Assembly (NCBI GenBank): GCA_964057225.1
Contig: OZ059896.1
Coordinates: 20,212,001-20,276,000 of the forward strand
Source of the DNA: Auanema rhodensis
Taxonomy: Eukaryota; Animalia; Nematoda
Direction of reading: 5' to 3'
DNA length: 64,000 nucleotides
Within the stretch, counting starts at the first letter, position 1; each line of letters begins with the position of its first letter. Both the position numbers and the translations under genes were made by a program. Of the stretch, positions 42,822 to 57,211 are shown one piece after another. The notes below the pieces were generated by a model. That model saw nothing but the letters and a program-made list of their open reading frames with translations, searched no databases and was not told where the DNA came from.

Positions 42822-44926
42822 TAGTGTATGTTGAGTTTCCATGTACACTCAACATTGCTTCCAAAAACATTTTGACAAAAATTTTTTCGAAAAATTTCAA
42901 AATAATTTAGCAAAAAGTAGATGTTTTTAGATTCCTTTTTTCAAGGCAAAGACGATGGACAATGTTATTCAACGAAAAAATTATTCCTTCAGGGTGAAAA
43001 TCGAAGATATAAGTGTGAACTTATATCAGTTGATATCTCGGTGCATTTTTAAGCTAGCGCAAATCTGATAACAGAGATCGACGCAGCTTAAAAATCCGCA
43101 TCGAATGCACTATACTACATTGAGAAACGCTTAATACAAAAATTAGTTATGATCGTTTGAAAAATGATGCATTAGTGTATGTTGAGTTTCCATGTACACT
43201 CAACATTGCTTCCAAAAACATTTTGACAAAAATTTTTTCGAAAAATTTCAAAATAATTTAGCAAAAAGTAGATGTTTTTAGATTCCATTTTTCAAGGCAA
43301 AGACGATGGACAATGTTATTCAACGGAAAAATTATTTCTTCAGGGTGAAAATCGAGGATATAAGTGTGAACTTATATCAGTTGATATCTCGGTGCATTTT
43401 TAAGCTAGCGCAAATCTGATAACACAGATCGACGCAGCTTAAAATGCGCATCGAATGCACTATACTACATTGAGAAACGCTTGATACAAAAATTAGTTAT
43501 GATCGTTTGAAAAATGATGCATTAGTGTATGTTGAGTTTCCATGTACACTCAACATTGCTTCCAAAAACATTTTGACAAAAATTTTTTCGAAAAATTTGA
43601 AAATAATTTAGCCGAAAGTAGATGTTTTTAGATTCCTTTTTTCAAGGCAAAGACGATGGACAATGTTATTCAACGAAAAAATTATTCCTTCAGGGTGAAA
43701 ATCGAGGATATAAGTGTGAACTTATATCAGTTGATATCTCGGTGCATTTTTAAGCTAGCGCAAATCTGATAACAGAGATCGACGCAGCTTAAAAATCCGC
43801 ATCGAATGCACTATACTACATTGAGAAACGCTTAATACAAAAATTAGTTATGATCGTTTGAAAAATGATGCATTAGTGTATGTTGAGTTTCCATGTACAC
43901 TCAACATTGCTTCCAAAAACATTTTGACAAAAATTTTTTCGAAAAATTTCAAAATAATTTAGCAAAAAGTAGATGTTTTTAGATTCCATTTTTCAAGGCA
44001 AAGACGATGGACAATGTTATTCAACGAAAAAATTAATTCTTCAGGGTGAAAATCGAGGATATAAGTGTGAACTTATATCAGTTGATATCTCGGTGCATTT
44101 TTAAGCTAGCGCAAATCTGATAACACAGATCGACGCAGCTTAAAAATCCGCATCGAATGCACTATACTACATTGAGAAACGCTTAATACAAAAATTAGTT
44201 ATGATCGTTTGAAAAATGATGCATTAGTGTATGTTGAGTTTCCATGTACACTCAACATTGCTTCCAAAAACATTTTGACAAAAATTTTTTCGAAAAATTT
44301 CAAAATAATTTAGCCGAAAGTAGATGTTTTTAGATTCCTTTTTTCAAGGCAAAGACGATGGACAATGTTATTCAACGAAAAAATTATTCCTTCAGGGTGA
44401 AAATCGAGGATATAAGTGTGAACTTATATCAGTTGATATCTCGGTGCATTTTTAAGCTAGCGCAAATCTGATAACAGAGATCGACGCAGCTTAAAAATCC
44501 GCATCGAATGCACTATACTACATTGAGAAACGCTTAATACAAAAATTAGTTATGATCGTTTGAAAAATGATGCATTAGTGTATGTTGAGTTTCCATGTAC
44601 ACTCAACATTGCTTCCAAAAACATTTTGACAAAAATTTTTTCGAAAAATTTCAAATAAATTTAGCAAAAAGTAGATGTTTTTAGATTCCTTTATTCAAGG
44701 CAAAGACGATGGACAATGTTATTCAACGAAAAAATTAATTCTTCAGGGTGAAAATCGAGAATATAAGTGTAAACTTATATCAGTTGATATCTCGGTGCAT
44801 TTTTAAGCTAGCGCAAATCTGATAACACAGATCGACGCAGCTTAAAAATCCGCATCGAATGCACTATACTACATTGAGAAACGCTTAATACAAAAATTAG
44901 TTATGATCGTTTGAAAAATGATGCAT

Positions 44927-47900
44927 TAGTGTATGTTGAGTTTCCATGTACACTCAACATTGCTTCCAAAAACATTTTGACAAAAATTTTTTCGAAAAAT
45001 TTCAAAATAATTTAGCAAAAAGTAGATGTTTTTAGATTCCTTTTTTCAAGGCAAAGACGATGGACAATGTTATTCAACGAAAAAATTATTCCTTCAGGGT
45101 GAAAATCGAAGATATAAGTGTGAACTTATATCAGTTGATATCTCGGTGCATTTTTAAGCTAGCGCAAATCTGATAACAGAGATCGACGCAGCTTAAAAAT
45201 CCGCATCGAATGCACTATACTACATTGAGAAACGCTTAATACAAAAATTAGTTATGATCGTTTGAAAAATGATGCATTAGTGTATGTTGAGTTTCCATGT
45301 ACACTCAACATTGCTTCCAAAAACATTTTGACAAAAATTTTTTCGAAAAATTTCAAAATAATTTAGCAAAAAGTAGATGTTTTTAGATTCCATTTTTCAA
45401 GGCAAAGACGATGGACAATGTTATTCAACGGAAAAATTATTTCTTCAGGGTGAAAATCGAGGATATAAGTGTGAACTTATATCAGTTGATATCTCGGTGC
45501 ATTTTTAAGCTAGCGCAAATCTGATAACACAGATCGACGCAGCTTAAAAATGCGCATCGAATGCACTATACTACATTGAGAAACGCTTGATACAAAAATT
45601 AGTTATGATCGTTTGAAAAATGATGCATTAGTGTATGTTGAGTTTCCATGTACACTCAACATTGCTTCCAAAAACATTTTGACAAAAATTTTTTCGAAAA
45701 ATTTCAAAATAATTTAGCCGAAAGTAGATGTTTTTAGATTCCTTTTTTCAAGGCAAAGACGATGGACAATGTTATTCAACGAAAAAATTATTCCTTCAGG
45801 GTGAAAATCGAGGATATAAGTGTGAACTTATATCAGTTGATATCTCGGTGCATTTTTAAGCTAGCGCAAATCTGATAACAGAGATCGACGCAGCTTAAAA
45901 ATCCGCATCGAATGCACTATACTACATTGAGAAACGCTTAATACAAAAATTAGTTATGATCGTTTGAAAAATGATGCATTAGTGTATGTTGAGTTTCCAT
46001 GTACACTCAACATTGCTTCCAAAAACATTTTGACAAAAATTTTTTCGAAAAATTTCAAAATAATTTAGCCGAAAGTAGATGTTTTTAGATTCCTTTTTTC
46101 AAGGCAAAGACGATGGACAATGTTATTCAACGAAAAAATTATTCCTTCAGGGTGAAAATCGAGGATATAAGTGTGAACTTATATCAGTTGATATCTCGGT
46201 GCATTTTTAAGCTAGCGCAAATCTGATAACAGAGATCGACGCAGCTTAAAAATCCGCATCGAATGCACTATACTACATTGAGAAACGCTTAATACAAAAA
46301 TTAGTTATGATCGTTTGAAAAATGATGCATTAGTGTATGTTGAGTTTCCATGTACACTCAACATTGCTTCCAAAAACATTTTGACAAAAATTTTTTCGAA
46401 AAATTTCAGAATAATTTAGCAAAAAGTAGATGTTTTTAGATTCCATTTTTCAAGGCAAAGACGATGGACAATGTTATTCAACGAAAAAATTAATTCTTCA
46501 GGGTGAAAATCGAGAATATAAGTGTAAACTTATATCAGTTGATATCTCGGTGCATTTTTAAGCTAGCGCAAATCTGATAACACAGATCGACGCAGCTTAA
46601 AAATCCGCATCGAATGCACTATACTACATTGAGAAACGCTTGATACAAAAATTAGTTATGATCGTTTGAAAAATGATGCATTAGTGTATGTTGAGTTTCC
46701 ATGTACACTCAACATTGCTTCCAAAAACATTTTGACAAAAATTTTTTCGAAAAATTTCAAAATAATTTAGCAAAAAGTAGATGTTTTTAGATTCCATTTT
46801 TCAAGGCAAAGACGATGGACAATGTTATTCAACGAAAAAATTAATTCTTCAGGGTGAAAATCAAGGATATAAGTGTGAACTTATATCAGTTGATATCTCG
46901 GTGCATTTTTAAGCTAGCGCAAATCTGATAACACAGATCGACGCAGCTTAAAAATCCGCATCGAATGCACTATACTACATTGAGAAACGCTTAATACAAA
47001 AATTAGTTATGATCGTTTGAAAAATGATGCATTAGTGTATGTTGAGTTTCCATGTACACTCAACATTGCTTCCAAAAACATTTTGACAAAAATTTTTTCG
47101 AAAAATTTCAAAATAATTTAGCAAAAAGTAGATGTTTTTAGATTCCTTTTTTCAAGGCAAAGACGATGGACAATGTTATTCAACGAAAAAATTATTCCTT
47201 CAGGGTGAAAATCGAAGATATAAGTGTGAACTTATATCAGTTGATATCTCGGTGCATTTTTAAGCTAGCGCAAATCTGATAACAGAGATCGACGCAGCTT
47301 AAAAATCCGCATCGAATGCACTATACTACATTGAGAAACGCTTAATACAAAAATTAGTTATGATCGTTTGAAAAATGATGCATTAGTGTATGTTGAGTTT
47401 CCATGTACACTCAACATTGCTTCCAAAAACATTTTGACAAAAATTTTTTCGAAAAATTTCAAAATAATTTAGCAAAAAGTAGATGTTTTTAGATTCCATT
47501 TTTCAAGGCAAAGACGATGGACAATGTTATTCAACGGAAAAATTATTTCTTCAGGGTGAAAATCGAGGATATAAGTGTGAACTTATATCAGTTGATATCT
47601 CGGTGCATTTTTAAGCTAGCGCAAATCTGATAACACAGATCGACGCAGCTTAAAAATGCGCATCGAATGCACTATACTACATTGAGAAACGCTTGATACA
47701 AAAATTAGTTATGATCGTTTGAAAAATGATGCATTAGTGTATGTTGAGTTTCCATGTACACTCAACATTGCTTCCAAAAACATTTTGACAAAAATTTTTT
47801 CGAAAAATTTCAAAATAATTTAGCAAAAAGTAGATGTTTTTAGATTCCATTTTTCAAGGCAAAGACGATGGACAATGTTATTCAACGAAAAAATTAATTC

Positions 47901-50900
47901 TTCAGGGTGAAAATCAAGGATATAAGTGTGAACTTATATCAGTTGATATCTCGGTGCATTTTTAAGCTAGCGCAAATCTGATAACACAGATCGACGCAGC
48001 TTAAAAATCCGCATCGAATGCACTATACTACATTGAGAAACGCTTAATACAAAAATTAGTTATGATCGTTTGAAAAATGATGCATTAGTGTATGTTGAGT
48101 TTCCATGTACACTCAACATTGCTTCCAAAAACATTTTGACAAAAATTTTTTCGAAAAATTTCAAAATAATTTAGCAAAAAGTAGATGTTTTTAGATTCCT
48201 TTTTTCAAGGCAAAGACGATGGACAATGTTATTCAACGAAAAAATTATTCCTTCAGGGTGAAAATCGAAGATATAAGTGTGAACTTATATCAGTTGATAT
48301 CTCGGTGCATTTTTAAGCTAGCGCAAATCTGATAACAGAGATCGACGCAGCTTAAAAATCCGCATCGAATGCACTATACTACATTGAGAAACGCTTAATA
48401 CAAAAATTAGTTATGATCGTTTGAAAAATGATGCATTAGTGTATGTTGAGTTTCCATGTACACTCAACATTGCTTCCAAAAACATTTTGACAAAAATTTT
48501 TTCGAAAAATTTCAAAATAATTTAGCAAAAAGTAGATGTTTTTAGATTCCATTTTTCAAGGCAAAGACGATGGACAATGTTATTCAACGGAAAAATTATT
48601 TCTTCAGGGTGAAAATCGAGGATATAAGTGTGAACTTATATCAGTTGATATCTCGGTGCATTTTTAAGCTAGCGCAAATCTGATAACACAGATCGACGCA
48701 GCTTAAAAATGCGCATCGAATGCACTATACTACATTGAGAAACGCTTGATACAAAAATTAGTTATGATCGTTTGAAAAATGATGCATTAGTGTATGTTGA
48801 GTTTCCATGTACACTCAACATTGCTTCCAAAAACATTTTGACAAAAATTTTTTCGAAAAATTTCAAAATAATTTAGCCGAAAGTAGATGTTTTTAGATTC
48901 CTTTTTTCAAGGCAAAGACGATGGACAATGTTATTCAACGAAAAAATTATTCCTTCAGGGTGAAAATCGAGGATATAAGTGTGAACTTATATCAGTTGAT
49001 ATCTCGGTGCATTTTTAAGCTAGCGCAAATCTGATAACAGAGATCGACGCAGCTTAAAAATCCGCATCGAATGCACTATACTACATTGAGAAACGCTTAA
49101 TACAAAAATTAGTTATGATCGTTTGAAAAATGATGCATTAGTGTATGTTGAGTTTCCATGTACACTCAACATTGCTTCCAAAAACATTTTGACAAAAATT
49201 TTTTCGAAAAATTTCAAAATAATTTAGCCGAAAGTAGATGTTTTTAGATTCCTTTTTTCAAGGCAAAGACGATGGACAATGTTATTCAACGAAAAAATTA
49301 TTCCTTCAGGGTGAAAATCGAGGATATAAGTGTGAACTTATATCAGTTGATATCTCGGTGCATTTTTAAGCTAGCGCAAATCTGATAACAGAGATCGACG
49401 CAGCTTAAAAATCCGCATCGAATGCACTATACTACATTGAGAAACGCTTAATACAAAAATTAGTTATGATCGTTTGAAAAATGATGCATTAGTGTATGTT
49501 GAGTTTCCATGTACACTCAACATTGCTTCCAAAAACATTTTGACAAAAATTTTTTCGAAAAATTTCAGAATAATTTAGCAAAAAGTAGATGTTTTTAGAT
49601 TCCATTTTTCAAGGCAAAGACGATGGACAATGTTATTCAACGAAAAAATTAATTCTTCAGGGTGAAAATCGAGAATATAAGTGTAAACTTATATCAGTTG
49701 ATATCTCGGTGCATTTTTAAGCTAGCGCAAATCTGATAACACAGATCGACGCAGCTTAAAAATCCGCATCGAATGCACTATACTACATTGAGAAACGCTT
49801 GATACAAAAATTAGTTATGATCGTTTGAAAAATGATGCATTAGTGTATGTTGAGTTTCCATGTACACTCAACATTGCTTCCAAAAACATTTTGACAAAAA
49901 TTTTTTCGAAAAATTTCAAAATAATTTAGCAAAAAGTAGATGTTTTTAGATTCCATTTTTCAAGGCAAAGACGATGGACAATGTTATTCAACGAAAAAAT
50001 TAATTCTTCAGGGTGAAAATCAAGGATATAAGTGTGAACTTATATCAGTTGATATCTCGGTGCATTTTTAAGCTAGCGCAAATCTGATAACACAGATCGA
50101 CGCAGCTTAAAAATCCGCATCGAATGCACTATACTACATTGAGAAACGCTTAATACAAAAATTAGTTATGATCGTTTGAAAAATGATGCATTAGTGTATG
50201 TTGAGTTTCCATGTACACTCAACATTGCTTCCAAAAACATTTTGACAAAAATTTTTTCGAAAAATTTCAAAATAATTTAGCAAAAAGTAGATGTTTTTAG
50301 ATTCCTTTTTTCAAGGCAAAGACGATGGACAATGTTATTCAACGAAAAAATTATTCCTTCAGGGTGAAAATCGAAGATATAAGTGTGAACTTATATCAGT
50401 TGATATCTCGGTGCATTTTTAAGCTAGCGCAAATCTGATAACAGAGATCGACGCAGCTTAAAAATCCGCATCGAATGCACTATACTACATTGAGAAACGC
50501 TTAATACAAAAATTAGTTATGATCGTTTGAAAAATGATGCATTAGTGTATGTTGAGTTTCCATGTACACTCAACATTGCTTCCAAAAACATTTTGACAAA
50601 AATTTTTTCGAAAAATTTCAAAATAATTTAGCAAAAAGTAGATGTTTTTAGATTCCATTTTTCAAGGCAAAGACGATGGACAATGTTATTCAACGGAAAA
50701 ATTATTTCTTCAGGGTGAAAATCGAGGATATAAGTGTGAACTTATATCAGTTGATATCTCGGTGCATTTTTAAGCTAGCGCAAATCTGATAACACAGATC
50801 GACGCAGCTTAAAAATGCGCATCGAATGCACTATACTACATTGAGAAACGCTTGATACAAAAATTAGTTATGATCGTTTGAAAAATGATGCATTAGTGTA

Positions 50901-53900
50901 TGTTGAGTTTCCATGTACACTCAACATTGCTTCCAAAAACATTTTGACAAAAATTTTTTCGAAAAATTTCAAAATAATTTAGCAAAAAGTAGATGTTTTT
51001 AGATTCCATTTTTCAAGGCAAAGACGATGGACAATGTTATTCAACGAAAAAATTAATTCTTCAGGGTGAAAATCAAGGATATAAGTGTGAACTTATATCA
51101 GTTGATATCTCGGTGCATTTTTAAGCTAGCGCAAATCTGATAACACAGATCGACGCAGCTTAAAAATCCGCATCGAATGCACTATACTACATTGAGAAAC
51201 GCTTAATACAAAAATTAGTTATGATCGTTTGAAAAATGATGCATTAGTGTATGTTGAGTTTCCATGTACACTCAACATTGCTTCCAAAAACATTTTGACA
51301 AAAATTTTTTCGAAAAATTTCAAAATAATTTAGCAAAAAGTAGATGTTTTTAGATTCCTTTTTTCAAGGCAAAGACGATGGACAATGTTATTCAACGAAA
51401 AAATTATTCCTTCAGGGTGAAAATCGAAGATATAAGTGTGAACTTATATCAGTTGATATCTCGGTGCATTTTTAAGCTAGCGCAAATCTGATAACAGAGA
51501 TCGACGCAGCTTAAAAATCCGCATCGAATGCACTATACTACATTGAGAAACGCTTAATACAAAAATTAGTTATGATCGTTTGAAAAATGATGCATTAGTG
51601 TATGTTGAGTTTCCATGTACACTCAACATTGCTTCCAAAAACATTTTGACAAAAATTTTTTCGAAAAATTTCAAAATAATTTAGCAAAAAGTAGATGTTT
51701 TTAGATTCCATTTTTCAAGGCAAAGACGATGGACAATGTTATTCAACGGAAAAATTATTTCTTCAGGGTGAAAATCGAGGATATAAGTGTGAACTTATAT
51801 CAGTTGATATCTCGGTGCATTTTTAAGCTAGCGCAAATCTGATAACACAGATCGACGCAGCTTAAAAATGCGCATCGAATGCACTATACTACATTGAGAA
51901 ACGCTTGATACAAAAATTAGTTATGATCGTTTGAAAAATGATGCATTAGTGTATGTTGAGTTTCCATGTACACTCAACATTGCTTCCAAAAACATTTTGA
52001 CAAAAATTTTTTCGAAAAATTTCAAAATAATTTAGCCGAAAGTAGATGTTTTTAGATTCCTTTTTTCAAGGCAAAGACGATGGACAATGTTATTCAACGA
52101 AAAAATTATTCCTTCAGGGTGAAAATCGAGGATATAAGTGTGAACTTATATCAGTTGATATCTCGGTGCATTTTTAAGCTAGCGCAAATCTGATAACAGA
52201 GATCGACGCAGCTTAAAAATCCGCATCGAATGCACTATACTACATTGAGAAACGCTTAATACAAAAATTAGTTATGATCGTTTGAAAAATGATGCATTAG
52301 TGTATGTTGAGTTTCCATGTACACTCAACATTGCTTCCAAAAACATTTTGACAAAAATTTTTTCGAAAAATTTCAAAATAATTTAGCCGAAAGTAGATGT
52401 TTTTAGATTCCTTTTTTCAAGGCAAAGACGATGGACAATGTTATTCAACGAAAAAATTATTCCTTCAGGGTGAAAATCGAGGATATAAGTGTGAACTTAT
52501 ATCAGTTGATATCTCGGTGCATTTTTAAGCTAGCGCAAATCTGATAACAGAGATCGACGCAGCTTAAAAATCCGCATCGAATGCACTATACTACATTGAG
52601 AAACGCTTAATACAAAAATTAGTTATGATCGTTTGAAAAATGATGCATTAGTGTATGTTGAGTTTCCATGTACACTCAACATTGCTTCCAAAAACATTTT
52701 GACAAAAATTTTTTCGAAAAATTTCAGAATAATTTAGCAAAAAGTAGATGTTTTTAGATTCCATTTTTCAAGGCAAAGACGATGGACAATGTTATTCAAC
52801 GAAAAAATTAATTCTTCAGGGTGAAAATCGAGAATATAAGTGTAAACTTATATCAGTTGATATCTCGGTGCATTTTTAAGCTAGCGCAAATCTGATAACA
52901 CAGATCGACGCAGCTTAAAAATCCGCATCGAATGCACTATACTACATTGAGAAACGCTTGATACAAAAATTAGTTATGATCGTTTGAAAAATGATGCATT
53001 AGTGTATGTTGAGTTTCCATGTACACTCAACATTGCTTCCAAAAACATTTTGACAAAAATTTTTTCGAAAAATTTCAAAATAATTTAGCAAAAAGTAGAT
53101 GTTTTTAGATTCCATTTTTCAAGGCAAAGACGATGGACAATGTTATTCAACGAAAAAATTAATTCTTCAGGGTGAAAATCAAGGATATAAGTGTGAACTT
53201 ATATCAGTTGATATCTCGGTGCATTTTTAAGCTAGCGCAAATCTGATAACACAGATCGACGCAGCTTAAAAATCCGCATCGAATGCACTATACTACATTG
53301 AGAAACGCTTAATACAAAAATTAGTTATGATCGTTTGAAAAATGATGCATTAGTGTATGTTGAGTTTCCATGTACACTCAACATTGCTTCCAAAAACATT
53401 TTGACAAAAATTTTTTCGAAAAATTTCAAAATAATTTAGCAAAAAGTAGATGTTTTTAGATTCCTTTTTTCAAGGCAAAGACGATGGACAATGTTATTCA
53501 ACGAAAAAATTATTCCTTCAGGGTGAAAATCGAAGATATAAGTGTGAACTTATATCAGTTGATATCTCGGTGCATTTTTAAGCTAGCGCAAATCTGATAA
53601 CAGAGATCGACGCAGCTTAAAAATCCGCATCGAATGCACTATACTACATTGAGAAACGCTTAATACAAAAATTAGTTATGATCGTTTGAAAAATGATGCA
53701 TTAGTGTATGTTGAGTTTCCATGTACACTCAACATTGCTTCCAAAAACATTTTGACAAAAATTTTTTCGAAAAATTTCAAAATAATTTAGCAAAAAGTAG
53801 ATGTTTTTAGATTCCATTTTTCAAGGCAAAGACGATGGACAATGTTATTCAACGGAAAAATTATTTCTTCAGGGTGAAAATCGAGGATATAAGTGTGAAC

Positions 53901-55456
53901 TTATATCAGTTGATATCTCGGTGCATTTTTAAGCTAGCGCAAATCTGATAACACAGATCGACGCAGCTTAAAAATGCGCATCGAATGCACTATACTACAT
54001 TGAGAAACGCTTGATACAAAAATTAGTTATGATCGTTTGAAAAATGATGCATTAGTGTATGTTGAGTTTCCATGTACACTCAACATTGCTTCCAAAAACA
54101 TTTTGACAAAAATTTTTTCGAAAAATTTCAAAATAATTTAGCCGAAAGTAGATGTTTTTAGATTCCTTTTTTCAAGGCAAAGACGATGGACAATGTTATT
54201 CAACGAAAAAATTATTCCTTCAGGGTGAAAATCGAGGATATAAGTGTGAACTTATATCAGTTGATATCTCGGTGCATTTTTAAGCTAGCGCAAATCTGAT
54301 AACAGAGATCGACGCAGCTTAAAAATCCGCATCGAATGCACTATACTACATTGAGAAACGCTTAATACAAAAATTAGTTATGATCGTTTGAAAAATGATG
54401 CATTAGTGTATGTTGAGTTTCCATGTACACTCAACATTGCTTCCAAAAACATTTTGACAAAAATTTTTTCGAAAAATTTCAAAATAATTTAGCCGAAAGT
54501 AGATGTTTTTAGGTTCCTTTTTTCAAGGCAAAGACGATGGACAATGTTATTCAACGAAAAAATTATTCCTTCAGGGTGAAAATCGAGGATATAAGTGTGA
54601 ACTTATATCAGTTGATATCTCGGTGCATTTTTAAGCTAGCGCAAATCTGATAACAGAGATCGACGCAGCTTAAAAATCCGCATCGAATGCACTATACTAC
54701 ATTGAGAAACGCTTAATACAAAAATTAGTTATGATCGTTTGAAAAATGATGCATTAGTGTATGTTGAGTTTCCATGTACACTCAACATTGCTTCCAAAAA
54801 CATTTTGACAAAAATTTTTTCGAAAAATTTCAAAATAATTTAGCAAAAAGTAGATGTTTTTAGATTCCATTTTTCAAGGCAAAGACGATGGACAATGTTA
54901 TTCAACGAAAAAATTAATTCTTCAGGGTGAAAATCGAGAATATAAGTGTAAACTTATATCAGTTGATATCTCGGTGCATTTTTAAGCTAGCGCAAATCTG
55001 ATAACACAGATCGACGCAGCTTAAAAATCCGCATCGAATGCACTATACTACATTGAGAAACGCTTGATACAAAAATTAGTTATGATCGTTTGAAAAATGA
55101 TGCATTAGTGTATGTTGAGTTTCCATGTACACTCAACATTGCTTCCAAAAACATTTTGACAAAAATTTTTTCGAAAAATTTCAAAATAATTTAGCAAAAA
55201 GTAGATGTTTTTAGATTCCATTTTTCAAGGCAAAGACGATGGACAATGTTATTCAACGAAAAAATTAATTCTTCAGGGTGAAAATCAAGGATATAAGTGT
55301 GAACTTATATCAGTTGATATCTCGGTGCATTTTTAAGCTAGCGCAAATCTGATAACACAGATCGACGCAGCTTAAAAATCCGCATCGAATGCACTATACT
55401 ACATTGAGAAACGCTTAATACAAAAATTAGTTATGATCGTTTGAAAAATGATGCAT
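44927..55456. repeat. 9-monomer HOR (3159 bp, I-J-L-L-N-O-I-J-O) twice, followed by its 6-monomer core (I-J-L-L-N-O) twice
   Basis: The N-type monomer (CGAGAATAT, GTGTAAAC) starts at 46331, 49490 and 52649 (spacing 3159), then 54755 (spacing 2106). Paired L monomers (AGCCGAAAG) precede each one. Confidence 0.9.
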
Positions 55457-57211
55457 TAGTGTATGTTGAGTTTCCATGTACACTCAACATTGCTTCCAAA
55501 AACATTTTGACAAAAATTTTTTCGAAAAATTTCAAAATAATTTAGCAAAAAGTAGATGTTTTTAGATTCCATTTTTCAAGGCAAAGACGATGGACAATGT
55601 TATTCAACAAAAAAATTAATTCTTCAGGGTGAAAATCGAGGATATAAGTGTGAACTTATATCAGTTGATATCTCGGTGCATTTTTAAGCTAGCGCAAATC
55701 TGATAACACAGATCGACGCAGCTTAAAAATCCGCATCGAATGCACTATACTACATTGAGAAACGCTTAATACAAAAATTAGTTATGATCGTTTGAAAAAT
55801 GATGCATTAGTGTATGTTGAGTTTCCATGTACACTCAACATTGCTTCCAAAAACATTTTGACAAAAATTTTTTCGAAAAATTTCAAAATAATTTAGCCGA
55901 AAGTAGATGTTTTTAGATTCCTTTTTTCAAGGCAAAGACGATGGACAATGTTATTCAACGAAAAAATTATTCCTTCAGGGTGAAAATCGAGGATATAAGT
56001 GTGAACTTATATCAGTTGATATCTCGGTGCATTTTTAAGCTAGCGCAAATCTGATAACACAGATCGACGCAGCTTAAAAATCCGCATCGAAGGCACTATA
56101 CTACATTGAGAAACGCTTAATACAAAAATTAGTTATGATCGTTTGAAAAATGATGCATTAGTGTATGTTGAGTTTCCATGTACACTCAACATTGCTTCCA
56201 AAAACATTTTGACAAAAATTTTTTCGAAAAATTTCAAAATAATTTAGCAAAAAGTAGATGTTTTTAGATTCCATTTTTCAAGGCAAAGACGATGGACAAT
56301 GTTATTCAACGAAAAAATTAATTCTTCAGGGTGAAAATCGAGGATATAAGTGTGAACTTATATCAGTTGATATCTCGGTGCATTTTTAAGCTAGCGCAAA
56401 TCTGATAACACAGATCGACGCAGCTTAAAAATCCGCATCGAATGCACTATACTACATTGAGAAACGCTTAATACAAAAATTAGTTATGATCGTTTGAAAA
56501 ATGATGCATTAGTGTATGTTGAGTTTCCATGTACACTCAACATTGCTTCCAAAAACATTTTGACAAAAATTTTTTCGAAAAATTTCAAAATAATTTAGCC
56601 GAAAGTAGATGTTTTTAGATTCCTTTTTTCAAGGCAAAGACGATGGACAATGTTATTCAACGAAAAAATTATTCCTTCAGGGTGAAAATCGAGGATATAA
56701 GTGTGAACTTATATCAGTTGATATCTCGGTGCATTTTTAAGCTAGCGCAAATCTGATAACAGAGATCGACGCAGCTTAAAAATCCGCATCGAATGCACTA
56801 TACTACATTGAGAAACGCTTAATACAAAAATTAGTTATGATCGTTTGAAAAATGATGCATTAGTGTATGTTGAGTTTCCATGTACACTCAACATTGCTTC
56901 CAAAAACATTTTGACAAAAATTTTTTCGAAAAATTTCAAAATAATTTAGCAAAAAGTAGATGTTTTTAGATTCCATTTTTCAAGGCAAAGACGATGGACA
57001 GTGGTATTCAACGAAAAAATTAATTCTTCAGGGTGAAAATCGAGGATATAAGTGTGAACTTATATCAGTTGATATCTCGGTGCATTTTTAAGCTAGCGCA
57101 AATCTGATAACACAGATCGACGCAGCTTAAAAATCCGCATCGAATGCACTATACTACATTGAGAAACGCTTAATACAAAAATTAGTTATGATCGTTTGAA
57201 AAATGATGCAT

